The notes under the pieces are model-generated. The model saw only the letters and a program-made list of their open reading frames with translations, was not told the DNA's origin and searched no databases. From Ginglymostoma cirratum (taxonomy: Eukaryota), in the NCBI GenBank assembly GCA_024137785.1, contig JAHRHZ010000274.1, positions 15,098,387 to 15,162,386 on the forward strand: a DNA stretch of 64,000 nt, in the 5' to 3' direction. Positions 50,901 to 62,260 of the stretch are shown here, in pieces. The translations under genes and the position numbers were made by a program. Each line of letters begins with the position of its first letter. Position 1 is the first letter of the stretch.

Positions 50901-53440
50901 TTTTTTAAGCACCTCACTAACTCTTAGGATGGAGCAGACAGTTTTGATTGGAGACAGACAGGTTCTGAATCTAATTTTATCAGGTTCCTCTGAGGCCTCC
51001 TATAAGAAACACATGTGATTAACTAAAGTAGCACCCCCACCCAGATGGTTATTGGATATAACTGCACCACGTAGTAAGAAGTGAGGGATATAGTTCAGGA
51101 ATCTCAATAGTGGAAACTCCTGATAATCCTGCAGGCACCCTCAGGATGGGCACAGAAAAGGAAGGGGGGACAGGGGTCGGTTGTGGAAGGGAGGAAATAA
51201 GCTGAGGTTCTCTCTCCTGATTATTACCCAAAAACCTCTACAGGGTGCTATGAGAGGGTCATGTGAATTAACTCCAGTGTCAAACAATCCATTGATGCTC
51301 TGATATTCTTTTCCAGTGTTATAAAGAAGTAGCATTTAGGCAGAGAGCTCATAGTCTTCTGGATTCGGGATGACATAATTTACCTGCTGAACTATCAGAG
51401 AAGTAAAAGAGAAATAAACTATCAAAGAACTATCTGCTCAGCGGCATCACCAAGAGTGTGGCCATCGTTGGTCCAGCACCTGAAAGAAAAGGTTGTCCGG
51501 ACCAGGTCAGGCAAGCACAGGGAGAAAGGGGTTGGTGAGGGTAAGGAGTACTACTGCTGCAGGGGTGGCCATTGTTGTTGGGTAGACCATGGACTGCCTG
51601 AGTGAAAAAAAACCCTCCCCCCACCATCGAGCCTGCAGTGAGATCACCAGGTTTTTACCTGGCATTCACCCAATGTGGCAGAGGTCTCACCCACTGCTGT
51701 TAAAATGCCAGTGATGGCAGAAGAGACTCTTAATTGTCCTTTATGTCAGAGGGCATCCACATTTTCTGCTGCTAGCAAGATGGCATGGTAGGAGTAGGAT
51801 GACAAGTGCTTCACCACTAACCCTGCCACCTTCCCTCCCAACCCACTCCCTACCATCAACACCTTTCCCCCATGATTTTACAGGCTGTCCTCCTTACTTC
51901 CTAATCGATTCCTTTAGAGTCAGTAACACCTAGCCCTTACATTCTTGTTAAGTTAAACTAAATTAAATCCCATGTGGCTAACATTCCCACCTCTGTTGGT
52001 CACCTTTGCCACTGAGCTGCTGTGAATTGTACCTGTTCTCAAAATCATTAGCTGTTATTTCAGCATTTATCAGAATGCAGAAGAGTAGATTGCTGCTGTG
52101 TTTGTGGCAAAACAACGTGCAATTCTTTTTCAAGGCAGTCAATGTACTTTGCCTTTGTGATTTTTTGACTAATCCTGGCAGTAGCAGAAGTATAATCCCT
52201 GTGCTACCCAGCAAGAGATAACTATCAAGTGTTCTGTGGTTGCCCAGGTTCCTCCTCATTGTCAACTGTACGATTCAGGTCAAATGCTGTGATTGAGCTC
52301 AACCCTTGTGTACAATCAGAACCAGCAAGATTAAAGTAAAGAAACTACCTTCCTCTTTCGCAAGGTCTTTTTTTAAACCATGAATTAACTTGCTTTCTTC
52401 ATCTCTGTTCTGTCATTTTTGAAATGTTTGTGTGTGTGGGTTTGTTATGATTCACATGTGTGCATGTGAACCTGTTTGCACGTGCAATGCTTCTCTGCCT
52501 CCTCCACTCCTGATGGTCACCCCCACACACAGACCCAGCAACCAACCCATACATATGCAAAATTAAAGGATACCTCTGCTCTAATTATGGTTTTGGCTAC
52601 CCTGAATGGTCATCGATCATCACAAGTAGTATGTGTGTCCAGCTGAGCGTCGCTGCTGGTGTAGAGTATTGCAGGAAGCTCATCTGGGTCTGTGAAGATG
52701 AGTGCAAATTATAGTGAGAGCAATAGATCTTTTAGAGTGAATAGTAACACAGGGATTTACTCAGGGTTTGAGTTCAATTCATAAGCCTGACAAACGAGCC
52801 CCAAGTTTAAAACATTCTCTGGCATCTATTATTGTTGTAGGTTACACCCTGCATAAGCTAAAACCAAAGCCTGAGAAATACTAAACTTTCAGTCAATAAA
52901 TATTTTTTTTTTTTTACTTACTATGGATTCATATGATTTACAGAAAGAGTTCCTTTACATTCCAAATCCCCTTGTCTCTGTTAATTCTTGTTGGAGTTAG
53001 GGTTTGTAGATGCTAGCTGCCATGTATGACATTGATAGTAATAGGCCATGCACCATTCTGCTATGGAATAAAATTCTTGCTATTTCTCCTATTTCCTAGC
53101 TCACAAAGGAAAAACTAACTCAGGAAATATAGAATATTGAACTAGGAAACCTTTCATTTAGGTGACTCAATTACAACATCAGATAGTGTCAGGAAGTACC
53201 AGAGATATGTGATTTGACCGCAATACAATCACTGATGGCCACCATCTTGGAGATCAAGATCCTGCTCCTCCTCTCTTGTCACCCCTTGTTCCTCCTCACG
53301 AGGTGTCCTGCAACTGAATGTCCTTAAACTCACAGACTACATGCTCCAGGATAAGTGGCTGCATTGGTACTTGCAAGTGTTTGTGAAAGGGAGACTCAGT
53401 ATGCTGTGAGGCACTTTACCTCAGTGGTAGTACTAACCAG

Positions 53441-54402
53441 CATAGAGTCATAGAGATGTACACCACAGAAACAGACCCTTCAGTCCAACTCGTCCATGCC
53501 GACCAGATATCCCAAATAAATCTAGTTCCATTTGCTGGCATTTGGCCCACAGCTCTCTAAACCCTTCCTATTCATGTACCCATCCAGATGCCTTTTAAAT
53601 GTTATAATTGTACCAGCCTCCGCCACTTCCTCAGGCAGCCCATTCCATACACACACCGCCCTCTGCATGAGAAAAGTGACCTAAGGGGCAACTTTAAATC
53701 TTTCCCCTCTCACCTTAAACCTATGCCTTCTTGTTTTGGACTCACACACACCAGGGAAAAGACGTTCTCTGTTTAACCTATCCATGCCTCTCTTGATTTT
53801 ATAATCCTCACCCCTCAGCCTCCGATGCTCCAGGAAATATAGCCCCAGCCTATTCATCCTGTCCCTATTGCTCAAACCTTCCAATCCCAGAAACATCCTT
53901 GTAAATCTTTACTGAACCCTTTCAAGTTTCACAACGTCCTTCCCATAGCAGGGAGACCAGAATTGCATGCAGTATTCCAGACGTGGTCTAACCAATCTCC
54001 TGTACAGCTGCAACATGACCTCCCAACTCCTATACTCAATGCACTGACCAATAAAGGTGAGCATACCATACGCTGCCTTCACTATCCTGTCTACCTGGAA
54101 CTCCACTTTCGAGGAACTATGAACTTGCACTCCAAGGTCTCTTTGTTCAGCAACACTCCCTAGGACCTTACCATTAAGTATATTAGTCCCACCCTGGTTT
54201 GCCTTACCAAAATGCAGCACCTCACATTTATCTAAATTAAACTCCATCTGCCACTCCTTGGGCCATTGGCCCATCTGATCAAGATCCCATTGTACTCTGA
54301 GGTAATCTTCTTCACTGTGCACTACAACCCAATTTTGGTGTCATCTGCAAACTTACCAGCCATATTTCCTCGGTTCACATCCAAATTATTTGTACAAATG
54401 AC
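53441..54402 (-). mobile_element. CR1 LINE 3' fragment (~1 kb) including the RT FADD motif
   Basis: Minus strand GKFADDTKIG (~54328-54357), WQMEFNLDKCEVLHFG..ERDLGVQV-like and LVRPRLEYCMQFWSP; (ctctatga)n tail. Confidence 0.95.
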
Positions 54403-54694
54403 GTGTCCAAGAAAGGGGACAGTATTAGAATGCTGGCTCCAATGATAACTTTCAATGCAAATTCTGTTTGAAAGCATAACTGTAGCTCTCTGCATGACCT
54501 ATGTGAGATAGTAGGTGAAAGAGAACCAGACATTAATTACCCTCAGCTTAGAAGAAGCCTGTGGTTTACCCTCCACACTCCTTTGGTTCAGAAGAGCCGA
54601 CTCCTGCTTTTAGGCAATCCTCAGAACAAGGCCCAAGGGTCAACTTTGTAAAGCCCAGTAGATTAGCACCAGCCAAACATCTGTTCAAAGTCCA

Positions 54695-54817
54695 CATCCA
54701 GGATTGGCCATGCTAAATGTTTAGCCATGGGGCAGTGGATCTTGGTGGGCTGCTCTTCGAGGGTCAGTGTGGACTTGATGGGCCAAATGCCCTGCTTCAT
54801 CACTGTAGTGATTCTAA
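54695..54817 (+). mobile_element. HE1 SINE 3' fragment
   Basis: ggattggccatgctaaat..gggtcagtgtggacttgatgggccaaatg..ctgtagtgattcta. Confidence 0.7.
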
Positions 54818-55463
54818 ACTGTATCTTCTGTTCAAATCCAGCATTATGTCAATCCTGTTTTTATGATAAACTGGACACCTGCATATTGGTAACAATGACT
54901 CAGAGGCCTTTCTAATGAATTATCTTAAATCTTAGGTCTCTGGCTGGCAGATTAAATGCTAGTGGGAAGGACAAAGCAAAGTGTGTATCATCAAGAAACA
55001 TTAATGCTTCATGAAAGTCAGTAAATTAAACAACTCTGGTCTACACATTTCCCCAAAACTGAAGGGACATAGTAAACACCTGATTGGTTCACAATTTACT
55101 AACATGAAAATGCATAACAATTGATTTTTTTTCATTTGTTTCACAAATTAAGTAATCTGCTTTGACATAACTGTGGAAAATTCTAAGGCCTTCACCAAAA
55201 GAAAGAGCTCAGGTTCAAGCATGAATTTGGAGAGATGAAGATGGTCGAGTTGAAAAACTGAGTTAAGATGAGGCATTTGCAAGATCGAAGTGTAACAATG
55301 TCGCTGGTTTGAAAAGAGAAATAATGTGGCTTTCATGGCCTCAGGTTGACCAAAGCACTTTTTAGTCAATTAGTGTTTCCTACTGCTATAACATAGGAAA
55401 CGGCACCAACAATGTTGTGCATGGCAAAAGCCAATGAGCAGGAATGAGATTAATGACCTGATA

Positions 55464-56067
55464 TAATAGGTACTGCAGATGCTGGAGAAACCGAGATAAC
55501 AAGGTGTGGAGCTGGATAAACACAGCAGGCCAAGCAGCATCATAGGAGCAGGAAAGCTTGACGTTNNNNNNNNNNNNNNNNNNNNNNNNNNNNNNNNNNN
55601 NNNNNNNNNNNNNNNNNNNNNNNNNNNNNNNNNNNNNNNNNNNNNNNNNNNNNNNNNNNNNNNNNNNNNNNNNNNNNNNNNNNNNNNNNNNNNNNNNNNN
55701 NNNNNNNNNNNNNNNNNNNNNNNNNNNNNNNNNNNNNNNNNNNNNNNNNNNNNNNNNNNNNNNNNNNNNNNNNNNNNNNNNNNNNNNNNNNNNNNNNNNN
55801 NNNNNNNNNNNNNNNNNNNNNNNNNNNNNNNNNNNNNNNNNNNNNNNNNNNNNNNNNNNNNNNNNNNNNNNNNNNNNNNNNNNNNNNNNNNNNNNNNNNN
55901 NNNNNNNNNNNNNNNNNNNNNNNNNNNNNNNNNNNNNNNNNNNNNNNNNNNNNNNNNNNNNNNNNGGGCCTAGAAGAAGGGTCTAGGCCCGAAACGTCAA
56001 GCTTTCCTGCTCCTATGATGCTGCTTGGCCTGCTGTGTTCATCCAGCTCCACACCTTGTTATCTCTC
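55464..56067. mobile_element. Fold-back PLE family-B insertion with 15-bp TSD and a central 400-N gap, inside a minus-strand Deu-SINE remnant (~55320-56230)
   Basis: 55492-55565 is a near-perfect reverse complement of ~55993-56065; attaatgacctgata at 55449-55463 and 56068-56082; Ns at 55566-55965. Confidence 0.92.
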
Positions 56068-56571
56068 ATTAATGACCTGATAATCTGTTTTAGTGATGTT
56101 AGTTGAGGGGTAAATCTTGCAGTGCACATTAACAAAACACTTCGTTGAACTGTATCCTGAGATTGTTTCCATTGTCTGAGCAGACAGAAAGGGTGATCCC
56201 ATTCCAGGAATTTCCACTGCCACATTCACTGAATATATTTTGTTTCTTCTTTTTAAAGTAATTGATTTAATTCCTTCATTTCTTGTACAATGAATTATGC
56301 TCAATCTGCTCACAAGATTCGTGTTCACAACAAAACCTTTCAACCCCAAGGCAGTTCTGAGGCAAAGAAAGGTCCAATAGCTACGTTATGGAGATTTCAA
56401 AACCTTCACTCTTCTAGTTCTTTTTTTAAATATTGTACTTATCCCAATCACTGACTTGGGAATCAGCAGGTTTAGCTGTTTGGGTAGCTAAGTCTTAGAG
56501 ACGAGCAAAGCCAAGGATTTGATATGTGCTGAGACAGAGACAAGAGAATTAGATAGCTTTAATATCTCTAG

Positions 56572-56704
56572 AAGAGCAAATTACTGCAGATGCTGGAATC
56601 TGTACTGAAAACAAAAAGTGGTGGAAATCACAGCAGGTCAGGCAGCATCCATGGAGAGACACCAACCTAATGATCAGAGTCTAGATGAGCCTTCATCAGA
56701 GCTG
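56572..56704 (-). mobile_element. PLE terminal fragment, third subfamily
   Basis: actgcagatgctggaatctgtactgaaaacaaaaagtggtggaaatcacagcaggtcaggcagcatccatggagag..ccttcatcagagctg; carries CTGATGA on the minus strand. Confidence 0.78.
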
Positions 56705-57220
56705 ACATGATGTGCGGAGTCTCTGGGCCGAGCAGAACTGGCCAGTTGCTCGATATGCATGTGTTTGCCGATTTGGATGGGATCAGGATTGAGATCATCA
56801 AGGATGCTTATCACAATTAAATAGGACCCTCTCACACATACATGAATAATGGTGGCCTTGGTTCCAACAAAGTACATATAAAATTTGTGGAATTACTTCC
56901 AAGCAAGGAGTTTGTGGTGGGTGCAAAGCGAGCCAGAAGCTCGTTTCACATCTGACAATATTTATTTCCATTGATTTCATTGGATGTAAAAACTGTGTGA
57001 GATGTAAAACGATTTGTTATCAGCCATTTTATGCTCATTGCACAAAATCAAGATTACCTCAAATAAATGCAGGAAAGGAGAAGCAGGGGTGGTGAAAAAG
57101 ATCTCGGATATGTTTGAAAAGCCAACTTGTATGAATTATATTGATCAAAACCCTAGTCAGGCAATTATGTGTTAAAAGTAAACCTTCACTGTACAGTGTT
57201 TGGCAAAAGGGCTAACAAAG

Positions 57221-57250
57221 CACACACACACACACACACACACATACACA
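57221..57250. repeat. (CA)n microsatellite
   Basis: Directly visible. Confidence 0.92.
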
Positions 57251-58743
57251 AAGCCAGACAGTAAGACTGCCTGGTCTAATAATGCCTGGGAAGCAAATGC
57301 ATGGCTAACTAAGTCATACTCACACAATTTGAAGGACAATAACTGTAATAAATGTGGAGAAAAGCCATGTGTCTGTTTGTTTCAGGCATCTGTCACTACA
57401 GGCCCATTAAATTTGGAAATGTTTTAAACAAAACTAACGCATCCGTGTATAAAAAAAAACCTTTCTAATGCTCTAATAGTGCTGTACTCCAGTTAATGAG
57501 TTTGCAATTAGTGAGCGAGAAAACCATAAACCCAGCTAACTTCTAGGCCTTGGAAGAGATTATTGCAGAGGGACTATGCCAGGCGGATTTAAGGGGAAAG
57601 AAATTGCGCATAATCGCAGATAATTAAGTTGGCAAATCTATATGCTAATGAGGTTTCTTCTGGACTGCCCAGACTGTCAGTAAGAATTGCAAATGACAGC
57701 GAGCAAGGGCACTAAGCTGCAATACCTCTGCTCCCTAGGTCTTTATATTAGCCTGTATTAAGGTTTCAACGCTTTGACAGGCCAAGCCCAACTGTCAGTA
57801 AGAACACATGATGAGATAGAATGAGACAGTGAAAGCTGGATGGTCCATTGGCATATATTAAAATCTAAGCCAACAAAATCTGCATCAACAAACAAATGAA
57901 AAGCAAAATTTGTCTAAATGCTTGTGTTTTTTTTAATTTAAATTCTTTTAAATTTTCTATTGATCATGACTGAGCATCAGTGAAGTGCATGTAACTCATG
58001 TTCAGGGGATCGAAGTGGATTGTGGAGGCCAAATTCTCGCACTTTTGTGCTGACACACAATCACTTTCTTCCTTCCTTATTTTTCCACCCACCTGATTCA
58101 CGAGTCATGACTTAAAACCAGGTTGTTTCTTTGGTGCTGCCGGGACAAGCATGATCAGTTTCCACCTGAATAAACATGATCACACTTTCCTGTTTTCAAA
58201 AGCATGCATCTTCAAAGCAAAATGACACGCTTTTCCAGGAGCTCATTATTTTAATTAGAACTCCAGGAATAATGAGAAAAAGTGGCGGGCGTTGGATAGG
58301 TTTAATGTTCACGACTGCTTACTTGAATCTTTAATTGCTGCACTTCACTGTAATTAAGTTTCTTCTGAAGTGATTGCAGTTTTATATCAGTCTATTCTTT
58401 TCTGTCAGTCCTCCCTCTCAATCAGTCTGACGCAAATTGGCTCCCTTTAATGGAAAGTTGTACATTTGAGTACACGGCTCAGCACTCAATGCTTTCGTAG
58501 TCTCAGGGCTCTTGGGGAGGACCAGGCACCTTGTTTACTGAAAGACAGGGCGAACCAGCAGCAGGTCTGCCACTGCTTTTCTTCACTGGAGGCACATACA
58601 CTTGTCAACATTATCAACTGGAAATAAGTCTTTACTCTGTACTTGGAATTATTTTATAATATTCATTCATAGGCTTTTTGGCATCCCTAGCCCCTCGTTG
58701 CCCCATTGAGAAGGTGACTTATACCCTTCTTGTACCCTTGGCA

Positions 58744-59025
58744 GGGGTGGCACATTAGCTCAGTGGTTAACATTACTGCCTCATAGTACCAGGGACCTGG
58801 GTTCAATTCCAGCTTTGGGTGACTGTCTGTTTGGACATTTTCCCAATGTCTGCATAAAGACAAAGTTAGGTGGGTCGGTTGTGCTAAATTGCCCACAGTG
58901 TCCAGTGATATGCAGGCTAGGTGAATTAATCATGGAAAATGCAGAGCTACAGGGATAGGGTAGGATGATCTTTGGATGGTCAGTGTGGCCTTGATGGGCC
59001 AGACAGCCTGCTTCCACACCATAGG
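58744..59025 (+). mobile_element. HE1-type V-SINE nested in a LINE 3' remnant (~58660-59125, same family as 35603-35830)
   Basis: TAGCTCAGTGG..GGTTCAATTCC head, partly deleted V-domain and HE1 tail; the flanks resemble 35605-35830. Confidence 0.82.
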
Positions 59026-59143
59026 TGCATTCACAATGCTAATAGGAAGGGAGATTTAGGTTTTTAATCATGTGACATTGAAGGAACAGTGATATAGATC
59101 CAAGTCTGGATGATATATGACTTGGACCAGAAGTTCATGCATG

Positions 59144-60231
59144 ACAAACAGGAGGCTGGAAGAACATTGCAAGCCAGGCAGCTGGCGAAGGGAATGGCCC
59201 TTGCAGAGAGCAGAGAGGGGTGGGGAGTGGAAGATGTCCTGGGTTGTGGGGTCTAATTGGAGTTGGTGGAAGTGTTTGAGGATGATATGTTGGATGCAGA
59301 GTCTGGTGGGGTGGAAAGTGAGGACAAGGGGGCCCTATTTTTATTATGTTTTGGGGGTGGGTGGTTAAGAGCTGTGCAGTGGGGAATGGAGGAGGTATTG
59401 TGGAGAGCTGTCTGAATGGCAGAGGAGGGAAAAGAGTGTTGTTTGAAAAAGGCAGACATCTGGGATGCTTGTGAGTAGAACGTCTCCACACCAGAGCAGA
59501 TGCGACAGACACAGAGGAATTGGGAAAATGGGATGGAATTTTTGCAGGATACAGGTTAGGAGGAGGTGTAGTCTAAGTAGCTATGGGAGTCTGTGGGGTT
59601 ATAGTAAATGTCAGTCTGTAATCTGTCTCCAGAAATAGAAATGGAGAGGTCAAGAAAGGGGAGGGAGGTGTCTGAGATAAATCAAGTGAATTTGAGAGCA
59701 GGGCGGAAATTGTTAGCAAAGTCGATGAACTGCTCCAGTCCAGCCTGGGTGCAGGATGCAGAACTGATGCAGTCATCAACATAACAGCAGAAGAGTTGAG
59801 AACTGTACCAGTGTACATACTGAACAGGGACTATTTGACATACCCAACAAAGAGGCAGGCATAGCTGGGGCCCAAGCGTGTGTCCATGGCAACCCCCTGA
59901 ATTTGGAGAACATGGGAAGAATTGAAGGAAAAGTTGAGGACTAGTTTGATGAGGCGGAGGAGGGTATTCGTGGGGGGAGGGGAGTGTGGGGGTGGGGGCT
60001 GCTGGAAGGATCTGTTGGAGAGGAAAAAACTGTGGGCCTCTAGGCCGTCCTTGTGGGGTATGGATGTGTATAGGGATGGAATGTCCATAGTAAAGATGAA
60101 GCGCTGGGTGCCAGGGAACTGGAAGTTTCAAAAGAGGCAGAGGGTGTAGTTTGTGTCCCTGATGTAGGTGGGGAGTGCCTGGGCCAAGGGGGAGAAAATG
60201 GAGTTGAGTTAGGAGTCCAGCTCAAAGCCCA
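59144..60231 (-). mobile_element. Penelope-like element RT fragment with internal deletion and 15-bp TSD
   Basis: Minus ORFs MDIPSLYTSIPHKDGL, QIQGVAMDTRLGPSYACLFVGYV and CYVDDC. Flanks agaagttcatgcatg (59129-59143) / agaagttcatgaatg (60232-60246). Confidence 0.92.
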
Positions 60232-61639
60232 AGAAGTTCATGAATGTCTTGGAAAATGTAGAGTATATTTAGCATTAATTGTAGGGGCTATCAATTCTTG
60301 GTATTGTCAGTGGCCTGGGTGTGGTAGAGGTCTAGGAGCAAAAGCATATGCAGTTTTAATTATCAATTAGATGTGTTACTTAATTATTTTATCTGTCTTG
60401 ATCAATTTAATTTTTAAAAAGAATTACTGACATTGATGAATATCAATCTTCAGAATTTTTTTTGGCATTGCCCATTCTCAGAAAATACAACTTAAATGAA
60501 CAGATTCTGAAGGGACATAGTATTCAAGATGACAATCAGTTTCACCTTTAATGATTCCTTGCGATAAATTAAACCCTTTGTACATGAATCCTATTTGTAA
60601 TTTTAACAGTATGCAAAGACCATTTCTAACTGAGTATAAATCTAACCATGCTGTGCATTGCAAATACAGCAGCTTAAATATCAAATAGGGAACAATCGAC
60701 CAGTTTCAATCTGACTCCTTTGTGTAAGTAGGGTCACTGGAAGTGCACAATGTAATAGTCTGCTCCCATTATGGGAGACGCTTCAATGCAGCAATGCTGT
60801 ATTAACTCAAGCAGGACGCCCTACTGAAACTTGTCAGCTGATTAACAGTGTCCTCCTAACGGATGAAAACACCACAGGACTGTCAGTGCTTTGCTTAAAC
60901 TGCCTTTTCTTTGTAAATAAACCTTGATGGTATGACCTGTCAGGTGAAAGTCATCAGCTCAAAGCACAGCAACAAATCTAACCTTACAATCTAAGCAAAT
61001 AGTTTCAGCAAAACAAATGCAAATAGGCTGAACTCACGCGTACTGCCCGCTCCTGAAAGAAGCAGGTTCAGAAAATGCTCTGGCCCAGCTGGAAGCAAAA
61101 TCAAAACTACGCATCTTATTAAACCCCATATAGTACTGCACAGAGAACTGCGGGCAAAAATTGCTCTGCTCTGTGGCTCTTCCACTTCGGGCAATTGGGA
61201 ATCCCCAAAATGTGACTTTCCATCCGTTAAATCTGATGGGACGGAGATTTGTGGCTGCACAATTTTCCTCTAAGTGCTCCCAGCAACTGAAATGTCAAAG
61301 TGGAAAATCTATGGTAACTTTCGGTGCAGTAACATCATTAGTGCATTCATGAAAATGTCTTCTTGTCAGTAGCTGAAACAAAAGCTTTAATCGTTGCTTG
61401 AGCATTTTTACTGTTTCTCGGGCAATTTTTACGGCAACATTTAGCATGACACTTCAGAAAGCAACCAGACCAGTTGTGGTTCACACTTTCCTCTGAAATA
61501 TTTTTCTTGCAGTTTTAAAAATATTTTTTCTTTGCCCAGTTCTCCAAGTACCTTAAAGCATTTCTTCAACTGTAGTACAGGTTACTATCTGCTAGGTCCT
61601 AGCAAGCATCGCACACAAGTTCAATTCTGTCACTTTTAC

Positions 61640-61848
61640 ATCCAAAGATGTGCGGGTTAGGTTGATTAGGGAGCAGTTTAGCATGGCCAGTGTCCAGCGA
61701 TGCGCAGGCTAGGTGGATTAGCCATGGGAAAATGCAGAGTTACACAGAGGAGGGTTTGGGTCTGGGTGGGATGCTCTTCGGTGGGTCGGTGCTGACTCAA
61801 TGGGCTGAATGGCCTGCTTCCCTGCTATAGGGATTCTATTCTATTCTT
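61640..61848 (+). mobile_element. HE1 SINE 3' part
   Basis: tccaaagatgtgcgggttagg..gctaggtggattagccatgggaaaatgc..gggctgaatggcctgcttccc..agggattctat. Confidence 0.8.
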
Positions 61849-61892
61849 ATGGATGAGATTGGAAATCAGTGTCAATGATAAAAGCATTGAAT

Positions 61893-62260
61893 CAACACAT
61901 CATGGGTTCAATACCTCTTCCTTCAGAGTCTTGAGCAGAGTGGCTAGGCTGATATTGCAGTGAAGCATAGAGGGAGTGCTGCCCTGTTGGAGGTGAGACA
62001 TTAAACCCTTTTCTTCTTGCGCAGTTAGGTATAAGGTATCCCATGGCACTACAGCATGGGAGTTTCCCCCCACAACTTGGACAATACTTATGCCACAATT
62101 AAATACAGATCATCACATGGCAATTTGTGGGACCTTACTCTGTGCAAAATGGCTCCTGCATTTTCTACATTATAACAGCGACAACACATCAAAAGTAATG
62201 AATTAATTGTGAAGCACTTTGGAATATTTTGAGACAATGCTGTGTAAATATAACTGTCTT
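61893..62260 (+). mobile_element. Deu-domain SINE remnant
   Basis: gggttcaatacc B-box-like head, gagggagtgctgccctgttggagg..atcccatggcact..gggagtttcccc core and L2-type tail. Confidence 0.62.
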
